This document shows, piece after piece, positions 42,101 to 50,279 of a stretch of 64,000 nt of DNA (its first letter is position 1; each line of letters begins with the position of its first letter). The notes beneath the pieces were generated by a model. It made no database searches and was not told where the DNA came from. It saw nothing but the letters and a program-made list of their open reading frames with translations. The DNA is taken from contig CAZKSN010000002.1 in assembly GCA_964555585.1 (NCBI GenBank), forward strand, positions 1,293-65,292, in the 5' to 3' direction. Source of the DNA: an uncultured Muribaculaceae bacterium (GTDB lineage Bacteria > Bacillota_I > Bacilli_A > RF39 > UBA660). Made by a program: the position numbers and the translations under genes.

Positions 42101-43402
42101 AACTTCTCTTAATTTAGTACCGGGATTTATTAATTCATTAAACTTATCAATTATTTTCCCATTTTTTATTTTAACTGCTCCAATTTCAATAATTGAATCA
42201 TCACCAAAAGCATTAAGACCAGTAGTTTCAAAGTCAAAAACTACAAATATATCTTTTAAAGATTCTGTTGTTTCTTTAGTTATTATATTTACTTCATCAT
42301 CAATAACATATATTTCTGCTCCGAATAATACTTTTATATCTCCTTTATTGTTATACAATTTAGGAAATATTTGAATACTGTTTTTATCTGTTACTCCAAC
42401 TGCCCTATGTCCTAAAGTTGATATTTTCTTTAATAATTTTTTAGGATCAATCAAACCATCCATTTGACTCATGATTGTATGTAAATGAAGTTCAACTCTT
42501 TTTTCTTCAGCTTCATCCACTCTTCTAGGCATTTTTTTATTTACTTTTTCAATATCTCTAATATTTAATGAATAATCATTTAATCTGAAATCATGCTTAA
42601 TATAACCTCTAAATTTATACCATTCACCAACTAATAATGATTCGGTTAGCATATCTATTTCTTGCTTACTTGTAGAAAAAATCTTAGCTACAATACTATC
42701 AGAATAATCACTTATTTTTAAAGTAATAATAGTAAATTTTCCACTAGTTTCTTTTACTTCTAAACCAAAAATAAATGCTTCAAAAATAACATTATTGTCT
42801 TCTGCAATAACATTCTTTATCTTAGTTGTTTCACCTTTTATGGCATAACCTTTTATTAATGAAATATCTTTTTTTGTAAAAGTCGGTTTTACTTCAGAAG
42901 TTTTTTCTAACATTTTCTTTACTTCACTTCTTGCTTCCTCATTTATATATGTTTCTATTTCTATGTTAAATCCTAAATCTTCAAGAAATGTAATAATTTT
43001 TTGAATACATGATTTTATTTTATTTTCTTGGACCTTGTTAATTGTTTCAATTATAATTTTATTATTTTCTAATCTTATATTATTATTTTTAATTGCTTCT
43101 AGCATTGGGTATTTTAATAATAACTTTTCAAAATAATACCAAAAATAATCAAGAAGCAGTTCATTTCCAGTTTCAAATTTAAATTTAAAATACACTTTAT
43201 CTATTTTATTAATTTTTTTACTTTCTTCACATAATAAATCAAACAGCTTTACATTAATTAGCTTTTCAAAGGAAATATAAATAATCCAAGCTTTTTTCTT
43301 AGTATTTACTTCTACTTTTTCAATTTTAGAATTTAAAAAATATTCATGATATTTTTCATCAAAATTTATTTCATTAAAAAAACGTAACAACTTGTTATCC
43401 AT
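39167..43402 (-). CDS. polC: DNA polymerase III PolC-type (Gram-positive replicative polymerase)
   Basis: 1411 aa. PHP domain (HLHTIMSQMDG), DEDDh exonuclease (FVVFDFETTGL) and a polymerase core. It shows the OB-PHP-Exo-Pol architecture. Confidence 0.95.
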   Translation of the reverse strand: MDNKLLRFFNEINFDEKYHEYFLNSKIEKVEVNTKKKAWIIYISFEKLINVKLFDLLCEESKKINKIDKVYFKFKFETGNELLLDYFWYYFEKLLLKYPMLEAIKNNNIRLENNKIIIETINKVQENKIKSCIQKIITFLEDLGFNIEIETYINEEARSEVKKMLEKTSEVKPTFTKKDISLIKGYAIKGETTKIKNVIAEDNNVIFEAFIFGLEVKETSGKFTIITLKISDYSDSIVAKIFSTSKQEIDMLTESLLVGEWYKFRGYIKHDFRLNDYSLNIRDIEKVNKKMPRRVDEAEEKRVELHLHTIMSQMDGLIDPKKLLKKISTLGHRAVGVTDKNSIQIFPKLYNNKGDIKVLFGAEIYVIDDEVNIITKETTESLKDIFVVFDFETTGLNAFGDDSIIEIGAVKIKNGKIIDKFNELINPGTKLREVITNITKITDAMLKDKESEEIVFKRFLNWCEDLPMIAHNAKFDVSFIKSAYKKYSLGEFKNTVIDTLELSRAIDPDSRSHSLSNLVKKYNIEFDENAHHRADYDAEATGLIFHKMIDELGSNYNLVKDLNNLINVENIVKTSRPFHITVFAKNNIGLKNLFKIISYCNTKYFYKTPRILKSELNNLREGLLIGSGCANGEIFTAAKTKSEDDLVNLMMFYDFIEVNPPGILTHLIESEDFSNIFELKENIKKIINCADSVGKLVCATGDVHTLDPDDNIYREILVTQKQPGGGFHPLYRSNIKTIPNAYLRTTKEMLEEFDFIDESKAKEIVITNTNKIADSIEEVEVIKKDLYSPKMENSAEIIKELVYKNATGTYGEELPEIISERLNKELTGIISGEYDVIYLIAQKLVKISNDDGYIVGSRGSVGSSLVATFLNITEVNPLPPHYICPVCKKSVFEDNGEPLAYNYGSGFDMPDRKCECGAMLIKQGQNIPFETFLGFNADKTPDIDLNFSGEYQSKAHDYTKVLFGEENVYRAGTVSTIAEKTAYGFVKAYAEDKALTLRSAEIERLAQGITGIKRTSGQHPGGIIVIPDYKDVHDFTPFQYPAENTSSNWYTTHFEFHDIESNVLKLDILGHDDPTALKYLCDDVNIKVEDIPLDDKNIIEIFKPNNKLNLSTIGVPEFGTNFAIKMLDEIKPQSFSDLIKVCGLAHGTDVWAGNVRDLILNGTCEFKDVIGCRDDIMINLIKAGVDKGLSFKISEFIRKGKASKEVDAWNEFKKTLKEKNVPDWFITSCEKIKYLFPKAHAAAYVTNSCRVAWFKIYHPLEYYRVFLSIRKDAFDIEAMINGKKEIERVMIELKEKGYAISNKEEAVYSTLEVAKEMLERGFYFENISLTESDAVMFKINKDRTGLIPPFNTLDGMGETAANKLVEERDQKPFVSIEDLQMRGKVSQTIIDKLRSMKVLDELPESSQLSLF

Positions 43403-43484
43403 AATACCTCACTACTTTAATTATACAAATATGACAAAATATATGCAATTAAATAAAATACTTTTTTCTATAAATTTTTATTTT

Positions 43485-43727
43485 TTATGCTTTCATTAAC
43501 TTTTTTTTAGCATTTTCAAATGTTTCACAACTTATTTCCTCAGCAAACTTATAACTCATACTTTCATTTTGTTTTCTATAGTTTTCAATGTCTGATAACA
43601 CTTCATTTAATGCATTTAATACTCTTTCTTTATCAATAATAATTTCACATACCTGCATTTTTATATTAGCGCATAATAGGATTGAATTTATAATCAAATC
43701 ATATCTCATATTTTTAAATCCTTTCAA
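43485..43727 (-). CDS. Small hypothetical protein
   Basis: ORF only. Confidence 0.3.
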   Translation of the reverse strand: MKGFKNMRYDLIINSILLCANIKMQVCEIIIDKERVLNALNEVLSDIENYRKQNESMSYKFAEEISCETFENAKKKLMKA

Positions 43728-43765
43728 TATAATAATTTTAACAAAAATTTATTATTCTTTCAAAT

Positions 43766-43790
43766 AAAAAAGTCAGTATAAACTGACTTT
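43766..43790 (-). terminator. Terminator hairpin, copy 1 of a 25-nt repeated element
   Basis: AAAAAAGTCAGT-ataa-ACTGACTTT. On the minus strand it reads as hairpin plus T-run. Its 25-nt core is identical to 44966-44992. Confidence 0.5.
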
Positions 43791-43796
43791 AATAAG

Positions 43797-44840
43797 TTAT
43801 CTTTTATTCTCCTTTGAAATCTCATAGTTCATAATCATATTATTTATAATAACAGGATAAAATTCTTCAATATTTTTATATGTATCTCGATTGTTTTCAT
43901 ACATGATTAGAGAATTAAGTATATTGTCTATATAAATAAATCCTAATCCTCTTTCTGCATTAGTTCTTTGTTCATACCTAGAAATATCTCCTGTTACATG
44001 AAGTCTATATCTTAAAGTAAGAGCTCTAATTATATGTTCATTAATTATTGTTAAATTATCTCCATAGGCTTGATTCTCCATAATTTCAAATATTTCACTA
44101 AATATTGTATCATCATCTTTAATAATATTATACTTATCAGTTAAAGGATTAATAAAACTATGACTAAATTCGTGATGTAACAAATAAATTAAGCCATTAG
44201 GAATTGTTTCATCCGGAAATATTTCAGTTTCTTTATCTGTTTCATGAGAACCACAAATATTTGAATATAAATCATTGTTAATATGAATACCATAATTTCC
44301 CCAAGTTTGAAATGGTAAAAGATTTACTATAAAATTATTTTTATTTGGTAAATTATAATAATTTAATATATATTCTATTAAATTGTTACTACCAAGTTGA
44401 GATAAAGTATTATTAATAAACATGCTATATCTTGCTTTATTCTGTTCATAAAATTTTTCGAAATCTATCTCTTTTGCAAAACTTTGAAGTAAATCTAACA
44501 TTTCTATTACTCTAGAATCACTTTCCAGCCTTGTTTTAAATGGATAATCTTTTAAACTCGTATATGAGAAATCATCATTTAACTGCAGAAATAAATCAAC
44601 TGGAGCATCATAGCTAAAATTATCATTTAAAACTATTTCATCAAATAGTTTTACAACCCTATGATCTTTATACTTACCGAATTGTCTCTCAATCTGTTCT
44701 ACATAGTCCTTATTACCATGTTTTTCTAATAATTGTGGAAACTTTTTTCTATAATTACTTATTATTTGGATTATTCCTAACAATTCTGTTTTTCTATCTA
44801 CTCTAATTTCAATAAAACCACTTTTTGCACTTACATTCAT
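43797..44840 (-). CDS. HExxH-motif protein (putative zinc metallopeptidase-like, DUF4932-like)
   Basis: LIYLLHHEFSHSF contains an HExxH motif. No transmembrane helices or signal peptide are evident. Confidence 0.45.
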   Translation of the reverse strand: MNVSAKSGFIEIRVDRKTELLGIIQIISNYRKKFPQLLEKHGNKDYVEQIERQFGKYKDHRVVKLFDEIVLNDNFSYDAPVDLFLQLNDDFSYTSLKDYPFKTRLESDSRVIEMLDLLQSFAKEIDFEKFYEQNKARYSMFINNTLSQLGSNNLIEYILNYYNLPNKNNFIVNLLPFQTWGNYGIHINNDLYSNICGSHETDKETEIFPDETIPNGLIYLLHHEFSHSFINPLTDKYNIIKDDDTIFSEIFEIMENQAYGDNLTIINEHIIRALTLRYRLHVTGDISRYEQRTNAERGLGFIYIDNILNSLIMYENNRDTYKNIEEFYPVIINNMIMNYEISKENKR

Positions 44841-44965
44841 AATATTACATCAAACTCCATAATACTTATTAAATTAAGTATATCATATTTATAATAAGTA
44901 TTGAATCATGATTTGTCTTATTCATTCTATTTACTTTAATTAACATATATAATTAATATTTATAC

Positions 44966-44992
44966 AAAAAAAGTCAGTATAAACTGACTTTT
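44966..44992 (-). terminator. Terminator hairpin, copy 2, directly abutting the stop of bacteriocin peptide B
   Basis: AGTCAGT-ataa-ACTGACT with flanking A/T runs. It is identical to copy 1. Confidence 0.5.
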
Positions 44993-45152
44993 ATAAACTA
45001 CAAGTATTTTTATTAATTAGTCTTCTAATTGCAGTTCCTAAACATCTTCCTACATCTAAAGCGGCGTTTATAGCTCTTACAAAAGCATTTATTAATGTTC
45101 CTGATATTAGTGAACCACCATTAATATAAAATAGTTCTTCTTTTTCTAACAT
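44991..45152 (-). CDS. Bacteriocin-like prepeptide B with a double-glycine leader (53 aa). It is not in the ORF track.
   Basis: Manual minus-strand translation gives MLEKEELFYINGG|SLISGTLINAFVRAINAALDVGRCLGTAIRRLINKNTCSL*. The leader has GG at -2/-1, hydrophobics at -4/-7/-12 and E at -8. The mature part is 40 aa, cationic, with 2 Cys. Confidence 0.6.
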   Translation of the reverse strand: MLEKEELFYINGGSLISGTLINAFVRAINAALDVGRCLGTAIRRLINKNTCSL

Positions 45153-45158
45153 ATAATT

Positions 45159-45293
45159 TTAACGGCATTTAAGAGGTCTAAGGTATCCATCCACTACTCC
45201 AATTAAGAAAACAATTATTCCAGTCATCGCAGTAATAAAACCCCAACTTACTGCTCCAGCAGATACATTTAGTAGTTCCTCTGTTGTTAGCAT
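45159..45293 (-). CDS. Bacteriocin-like prepeptide A with a double-glycine-type leader in AG/GA variant (44 aa). It is not in the ORF track.
   Basis: MLTTEELLNVSAG(A)|VSWGFITAMTGIIVFLIGVVDGYLRPLKCR*. Its leader is homologous to that of peptide B. An AGGAGA RBS precedes it. The ATG overlaps the ABC gene stop (ATGCTAA). Confidence 0.55.
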   Translation of the reverse strand: MLTTEELLNVSAGAVSWGFITAMTGIIVFLIGVVDGYLRPLKCR

Positions 45294-47362
45294 ACTTCTC
45301 CTTTCTGATAAAACTCATATTTATGCTCAAATAATTTTTTTATTTCTTTTTTATGAGATATATAAATTATAGTTTTATCTTTATATTTATTAAATATTCC
45401 TTTTATAATTTCAATTTCTTCTTTTAAACCGACTTCACTTAAAGCTTCATCTAAAATTATATAATTACTATTCTTCAATAAAGCTCTTGCTAAAATAATT
45501 TTTTGTCTTTCACCTCCACTTAAGTTAAAACCATTTTCTTCAATATAAAACATATTTCTAAATTTTTTATCATCTCTTATTTTATTCACTTTACATAATT
45601 TAATAATTCTCTCATATTCTTTCAAAGAAATATTTCTATCCAGAATAATATTATTAATTAAAGTATCTGAAAATAAAATTTCATTTTGCGAAACATAAGT
45701 AAAAGAATTTTTAATTATATCATTATCTATATCTAATAAATTATAATTATTAATATATATATCCCCCTCATAGTTATTTATATATTTTAATATAATTTTT
45801 ATTAAAGTACTTTTTCCTATCCCACTTTTTCCATATATTAATAACTTGTCTGTCTTCTTTATTTCTAAGTTTATATTACTAAAAGCATAATTTAAGTCAT
45901 TATATGAAAATTTTAAATTTTTAATTAAAATATTTCCTTCAATCATTTTTTTATTTAAATAATTTGAATTTTCTGGAGTTATCATTATTAAATCATTAAT
46001 TCTGTCATATGCTGTTTTTAAATACCTTAAATTTGGTTCTAAATCCATTAATTGTTTTATCGGCTCTAAAAATAGTAACAGTAACGTATTAAAAACGACT
46101 AAATCCCCAAGAGTAATTATATTTTTATTTACGTAATATGTACCGATACTTAGAATAAATAAAACTCCGATTTCAAAAATATTGTTTTTAATAAAACCTT
46201 GTTTTATTATTGAATCTTCAAAACTCTTAATTTTTTGCATAAAACCAATGAAATTTACTTTTAATTTTTCAATAATTTTAGAAGTTATATTTAAATTTTT
46301 TATTGTTTCAAATCCTTCAACAGCTTCAGTTAGATTTTTATTAAATTCTCCCTCAGCTGTTTGAATCAAATATATTTTTCTCTTATAAATATTTGAAAAT
46401 ATTACTACAACAAATATATACAATACCACCATTAATAATAAAATATATAATAAATTTTTATTTATAATAAATAATACTGTTAAACTAATAATAATTAGAA
46501 ATATATCAATAAATATATTTATAAATATTTGGGAAGCAATTTCTCTAAAATTATTTAATTCATTGATTCTACTTATTACTTCTCCAGTTGGTTTAGATTT
46601 AAAAAATTGATATGGGAGGAACATAATATGTTTAATGGATGAATTTGTTAAATAAATATTTATTAGATTATTTATTTCAATCAGCAATTTACCTCTAATA
46701 AAACTAAACATATTTTTCAGGAATATGATAACTAAAAAAATGAGTGTTGCACTTATTAAAACAGTATTTGAATAACTAATTAAGAATATATCAATAACGA
46801 GTTTAAAATAATAATTGTTTATAATTGTAAAAATTATTATAAATAATGAAAGTATAGATATATTAATAATTGTTTGCCTTTTTGTCATTATTAATTCAAA
46901 AATATCTTTTATTATATTTTTTTTATTATTTAATTCAGGTATTGTTTTTATAGGATAAAAATATAGAATAGTGCCTAAAAACATTTCATTGAATTCATTA
47001 AAAGAAACTTTTTTAATTCCATATGAAGGATCCATTAGCTTTATATATTTTTTATTTTTATTTATTTCATATATAACAATAAAATGTAATAAATTATTTG
47101 TTCTTACATGTGCAATTACCGGTAATATCTCACAGTTTTCAAATAATTCTCTAGAAGTTTTTCTCATTCCATAGCCATCAAATCCTATTTTTTTCATTCC
47201 TTCAATCATATTTAAAGCATTTGCTCCATTCTGATCCGTCTTTATTAAATACGATAATTCCTCTCTGGCAATATCTCCATTATAATACCTAATTATTGAT
47301 AATAAACAACTGACACCGCAATCCTTGATACCATTTTGTCTTACTATGTATTTTCTACTCAT
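45287..47362 (-). CDS. Bacteriocin-processing ABC transporter with an N-terminal C39 peptidase domain (LagD/SunT/ComA-like)
   Basis: C39 motifs QNGIKDCGVSCL (Gln/Cys) and LLHFIVIY (His). A six-helix transmembrane domain follows. Walker A GKSGIGKST, signature LSGGERQK and Walker B ILDEA. GGGAGG RBS. Confidence 0.85.
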   Translation of the reverse strand: MSRKYIVRQNGIKDCGVSCLLSIIRYYNGDIAREELSYLIKTDQNGANALNMIEGMKKIGFDGYGMRKTSRELFENCEILPVIAHVRTNNLLHFIVIYEINKNKKYIKLMDPSYGIKKVSFNEFNEMFLGTILYFYPIKTIPELNNKKNIIKDIFELIMTKRQTIINISILSLFIIIFTIINNYYFKLVIDIFLISYSNTVLISATLIFLVIIFLKNMFSFIRGKLLIEINNLINIYLTNSSIKHIMFLPYQFFKSKPTGEVISRINELNNFREIASQIFINIFIDIFLIIISLTVLFIINKNLLYILLLMVVLYIFVVVIFSNIYKRKIYLIQTAEGEFNKNLTEAVEGFETIKNLNITSKIIEKLKVNFIGFMQKIKSFEDSIIKQGFIKNNIFEIGVLFILSIGTYYVNKNIITLGDLVVFNTLLLLFLEPIKQLMDLEPNLRYLKTAYDRINDLIMITPENSNYLNKKMIEGNILIKNLKFSYNDLNYAFSNINLEIKKTDKLLIYGKSGIGKSTLIKIILKYINNYEGDIYINNYNLLDIDNDIIKNSFTYVSQNEILFSDTLINNIILDRNISLKEYERIIKLCKVNKIRDDKKFRNMFYIEENGFNLSGGERQKIILARALLKNSNYIILDEALSEVGLKEEIEIIKGIFNKYKDKTIIYISHKKEIKKLFEHKYEFYQKGEVC

Positions 47363-47414
47363 TTTTCCTCCCTAATATTATATAATTGATTGATTGATAA
47401 AACTCTTTTAGAAA

Positions 47415-47444
47415 ATAAAAAAACTACATCATATGTAGTTTTTA
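47415..47444 (-). terminator. Terminator hairpin between the epimerase gene and the bacteriocin operon promoter
   Basis: AACTACAT-cat-ATGTAGTT, flanked by A7 and T4 runs. It overlaps the stop of 47429..48448. Confidence 0.45.
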
Positions 47445-48448
47445 TATTCTTTACAAAATTTTGATAATAATTTCAAATTATGTGTTTTCTTTGCAATTAA
47501 AGGTTCGGATTTTTTTTGTAAAATATTTATTATAAGAAAACTTATCATTCTAGTAAAAAATCTTGTTATATTTTTTGTTTCTTTTCTTACTTTTCTATAA
47601 TAATCATCTAAATTTTCACTTCTGTGATGCAATAAAACTTCCAAATCATCTCCATCCTGTAAATAACCACAATGAAAATTATAATTTGCAAAAGCCACTG
47701 CTTTCAAATATTTAAAGTTTAATCCATAATGTTTAAACATATTCTTCAATAAGTCTCTATAAGTAGTTCTGCACAATTTTCCACCACTTAAATTAAATGT
47801 TTTATTATTTAATAAATCAGTTTTTTCAATTGCATTTACAAAAGCTCTGGCAGCATCTTCTGAAGTCAAGATCTCCATACAAGTATCAAGTGGCATATGA
47901 AACATCAATGGATCAACAGCTGGCTTATAATTCATTATAGCAGTTAATCTGAATATAGAATAATCTATATTTGATTTTCTAATAAGTTCCTCACATTTAA
48001 TTTTTAATTCAGCATAATAGTCATTTCCGGAATTTAATTTATCAGTAACTTTTATATACGGATTTTCAATTCTGTCTCCATAAACCGCTATTGAAGAAGA
48101 AAACAACAAAAATCCTTTACCATTTTCTTTTATTGCTTCCACTACATTTTTTGTTCCTTCGAAGTTTACTTTATATGCCTTGGTTGGATTTTTATCAGCA
48201 GCTGGAGGAATAATTGCAGCCAAATGTATTATAACATCAAAATCTTTTATAATTTTTTTAACTAAGTCTTCATCAGTTATATCCCCATACTTAATATCTA
48301 TTTTCCCTTCAAATGATGCAAACTTCTTTCTTACATTTCCTTTATCAACATCAAAGACTGTAATATCATATTTATCTTTTTCCACTAATTGCTCCAATAC
48401 TTCATAACCAACATTTCCACTTGCACCAGTTAATAATATTTTCTTCAT
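47429..48448 (-). CDS. NAD-dependent epimerase/dehydratase family protein (atypical SDR)
   Basis: N-terminal TGASGNVG Rossmann motif and a YAELK catalytic Y-x3-K. Confidence 0.7.
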   Translation of the reverse strand: MKKILLTGASGNVGYEVLEQLVEKDKYDITVFDVDKGNVRKKFASFEGKIDIKYGDITDEDLVKKIIKDFDVIIHLAAIIPPAADKNPTKAYKVNFEGTKNVVEAIKENGKGFLLFSSSIAVYGDRIENPYIKVTDKLNSGNDYYAELKIKCEELIRKSNIDYSIFRLTAIMNYKPAVDPLMFHMPLDTCMEILTSEDAARAFVNAIEKTDLLNNKTFNLSGGKLCRTTYRDLLKNMFKHYGLNFKYLKAVAFANYNFHCGYLQDGDDLEVLLHHRSENLDDYYRKVRKETKNITRFFTRMISFLIINILQKKSEPLIAKKTHNLKLLSKFCKEYKNYI

Positions 48449-48455
48449 TTTTCTC

Positions 48456-49142
48456 CTATTCCTTTATTTCAAAATAGTTTCCACTGTCTAAATACAATAT
48501 TCCCTTATGACCATCTAACTGTTTCACTATCTCAAAATATTTATTTAAACTATCTATTTTATTTAATGAAATATATACTTCATTTTCATCTACCATATAA
48601 AGAAGAAATCTCTCTTCATCATATTCATTAGGAGTATATTCGATTTCACTTATTTTAGCTATTATATCTATATCCAGTTTATTGAATTTATCATTTAATT
48701 TTTCAGTAATTTCATCAGTAACATAATTTATTAAGGTTGGAATTCCATCAATATCTTCAGTTATATCTAAAGATTTTCCATTTTCCAATACGTATAAATT
48801 ATTACTTCTTAGTTTATATAATATTTTATATTCTGTTACATCTATCTCTACTATATAATTAAACTTCTTTTTTACTTTAACTTCCTTTACAAGATTTATT
48901 TTTTTAATTCTTTTTTCTATAGAACTTTTTAAAGTTTTAAAGAAAGAAGGATAATTTTCTATTTTTGCTTTTTCTATAATTTCAATATCATCCAAATAAT
49001 AATTATTTAATATAATTATATTCTTTATAGGTTTATTAAAAAAATACAATATTATTGAAAACAATAAATAAATAAAAAGACAAAATATTATAAATTTTAA
49101 TAAATTAAATTTCTTCTTTTTTATTCTTTTCGTTTCCTGCAT
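48456..49142 (-). CDS. ftsQ: Cell division protein FtsQ/DivIB
   Basis: N-terminal transmembrane anchor plus a POTRA-like region. It lies immediately downstream of murG. Confidence 0.6.
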   Translation of the reverse strand: MQETKRIKKKKFNLLKFIIFCLFIYLLFSIILYFFNKPIKNIIILNNYYLDDIEIIEKAKIENYPSFFKTLKSSIEKRIKKINLVKEVKVKKKFNYIVEIDVTEYKILYKLRSNNLYVLENGKSLDITEDIDGIPTLINYVTDEITEKLNDKFNKLDIDIIAKISEIEYTPNEYDEERFLLYMVDENEVYISLNKIDSLNKYFEIVKQLDGHKGILYLDSGNYFEIKE

Positions 49143-49153
49143 GATATCTCCTA

Positions 49154-50227
49154 TTATTTTATCATTTGCTTTACTTCTTCATAAATAATTGTTCTAGATA
49201 AAGGTTTTTCTATTGCTTTTAAATTACTAATTATTTCTAGATTTCTTTTTTTATTATCTAATATTTCTTTTATTTTTTCTTTTAATACTGATTGATTTAG
49301 ATTTTCCTGCTCAATTAAAATACTAACATTTTTATTTACTAAATCTAATGCATTATAATATTGATGATTATTAGGAACATATGGACTTGGTATTAAAATT
49401 GATGGAATGTTGGTAGCTAATATTTCACTTATGGTTGAAGCTCCTGCCCTTGATATAATTAAATCCGCACTTTTCATTATACTAGGCAAATTTTCAAAAT
49501 AATCAACTATATGAGTACTTTTTGGTACAATTAAATTATTAATTAAAGAATCATAACTTTTCTTTCCTGTAATAAATAATATCTCTTTATCTTTTTCTTC
49601 AAAAGTTCTTAAAAAGTCTAATAATTTATCATTGACTACACTGCTTCCTAAACTTCCCATAACAATAATAATAAGTTTTTTAGTTTTATCAAATCCTAAT
49701 TTTGTCTTATCTTCTTTTATAATATTCTTTGCCTCTTCTAATCTTGGATTTCCAGAATATATAATATTACTATTTTTAAAATATTTTCTACTTTCTTCAA
49801 ATGAAATAAATATTTTATCAGAAAATCTTGCTAAAAACTTATTCGCTTTTCCCGGTATAACATTTTGCTCATGAAGCGCTACTTTTATCTTTAGTTTTCT
49901 TGCAGCAAGTACAACTGGAAAAGTAACATAACCTCCAAAAGCTAATACTAAGTCAGGTTTAAATTCTTTTAAAATTTTTTTACATTGTTGATAAGATTTA
50001 TAAATTAAACCTATATTTTTAACATTGCTTATTATATTTTTTTTAAGTCCATATATTTCAATAGCTTCATATGGAATATTTAAAGCTGGAACAATATCAC
50101 TTTCCATTCTATCCTTTGTTCCAATATATAAATATTTATTATTTTTAGCTTTCTTTAACTCATTAATAATTGATAAAGCTGGATATATATGTCCACCTGT
50201 ACCACCTGCAGAAACAACAATTCTCAT
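49154..50227 (-). CDS. murG: Undecaprenyldiphospho-muramoylpentapeptide beta-N-acetylglucosaminyltransferase MurG
   Basis: SAGGTGGHIYPAL and a GT-B fold. 357 aa. Confidence 0.9.
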   Translation of the reverse strand: MRIVVSAGGTGGHIYPALSIINELKKAKNNKYLYIGTKDRMESDIVPALNIPYEAIEIYGLKKNIISNVKNIGLIYKSYQQCKKILKEFKPDLVLAFGGYVTFPVVLAARKLKIKVALHEQNVIPGKANKFLARFSDKIFISFEESRKYFKNSNIIYSGNPRLEEAKNIIKEDKTKLGFDKTKKLIIIVMGSLGSSVVNDKLLDFLRTFEEKDKEILFITGKKSYDSLINNLIVPKSTHIVDYFENLPSIMKSADLIISRAGASTISEILATNIPSILIPSPYVPNNHQYYNALDLVNKNVSILIEQENLNQSVLKEKIKEILDNKKRNLEIISNLKAIEKPLSRTIIYEEVKQMIK

Positions 50228-50279
50228 TAGAGCCTCCTAATTAATATTATACAATAAAAAAAACATATTTTAAATATGT

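Noticed and set aside
42090-42374. Plus-strand ORF inside polC
   Set aside because: Shadow frame.
46182-47174. Plus-strand ORFs 46182..46364 and 46971..47174 opposite the ABC exporter
   Set aside because: They are antisense to the transmembrane domain of the exporter. Shadow frames with no start context.
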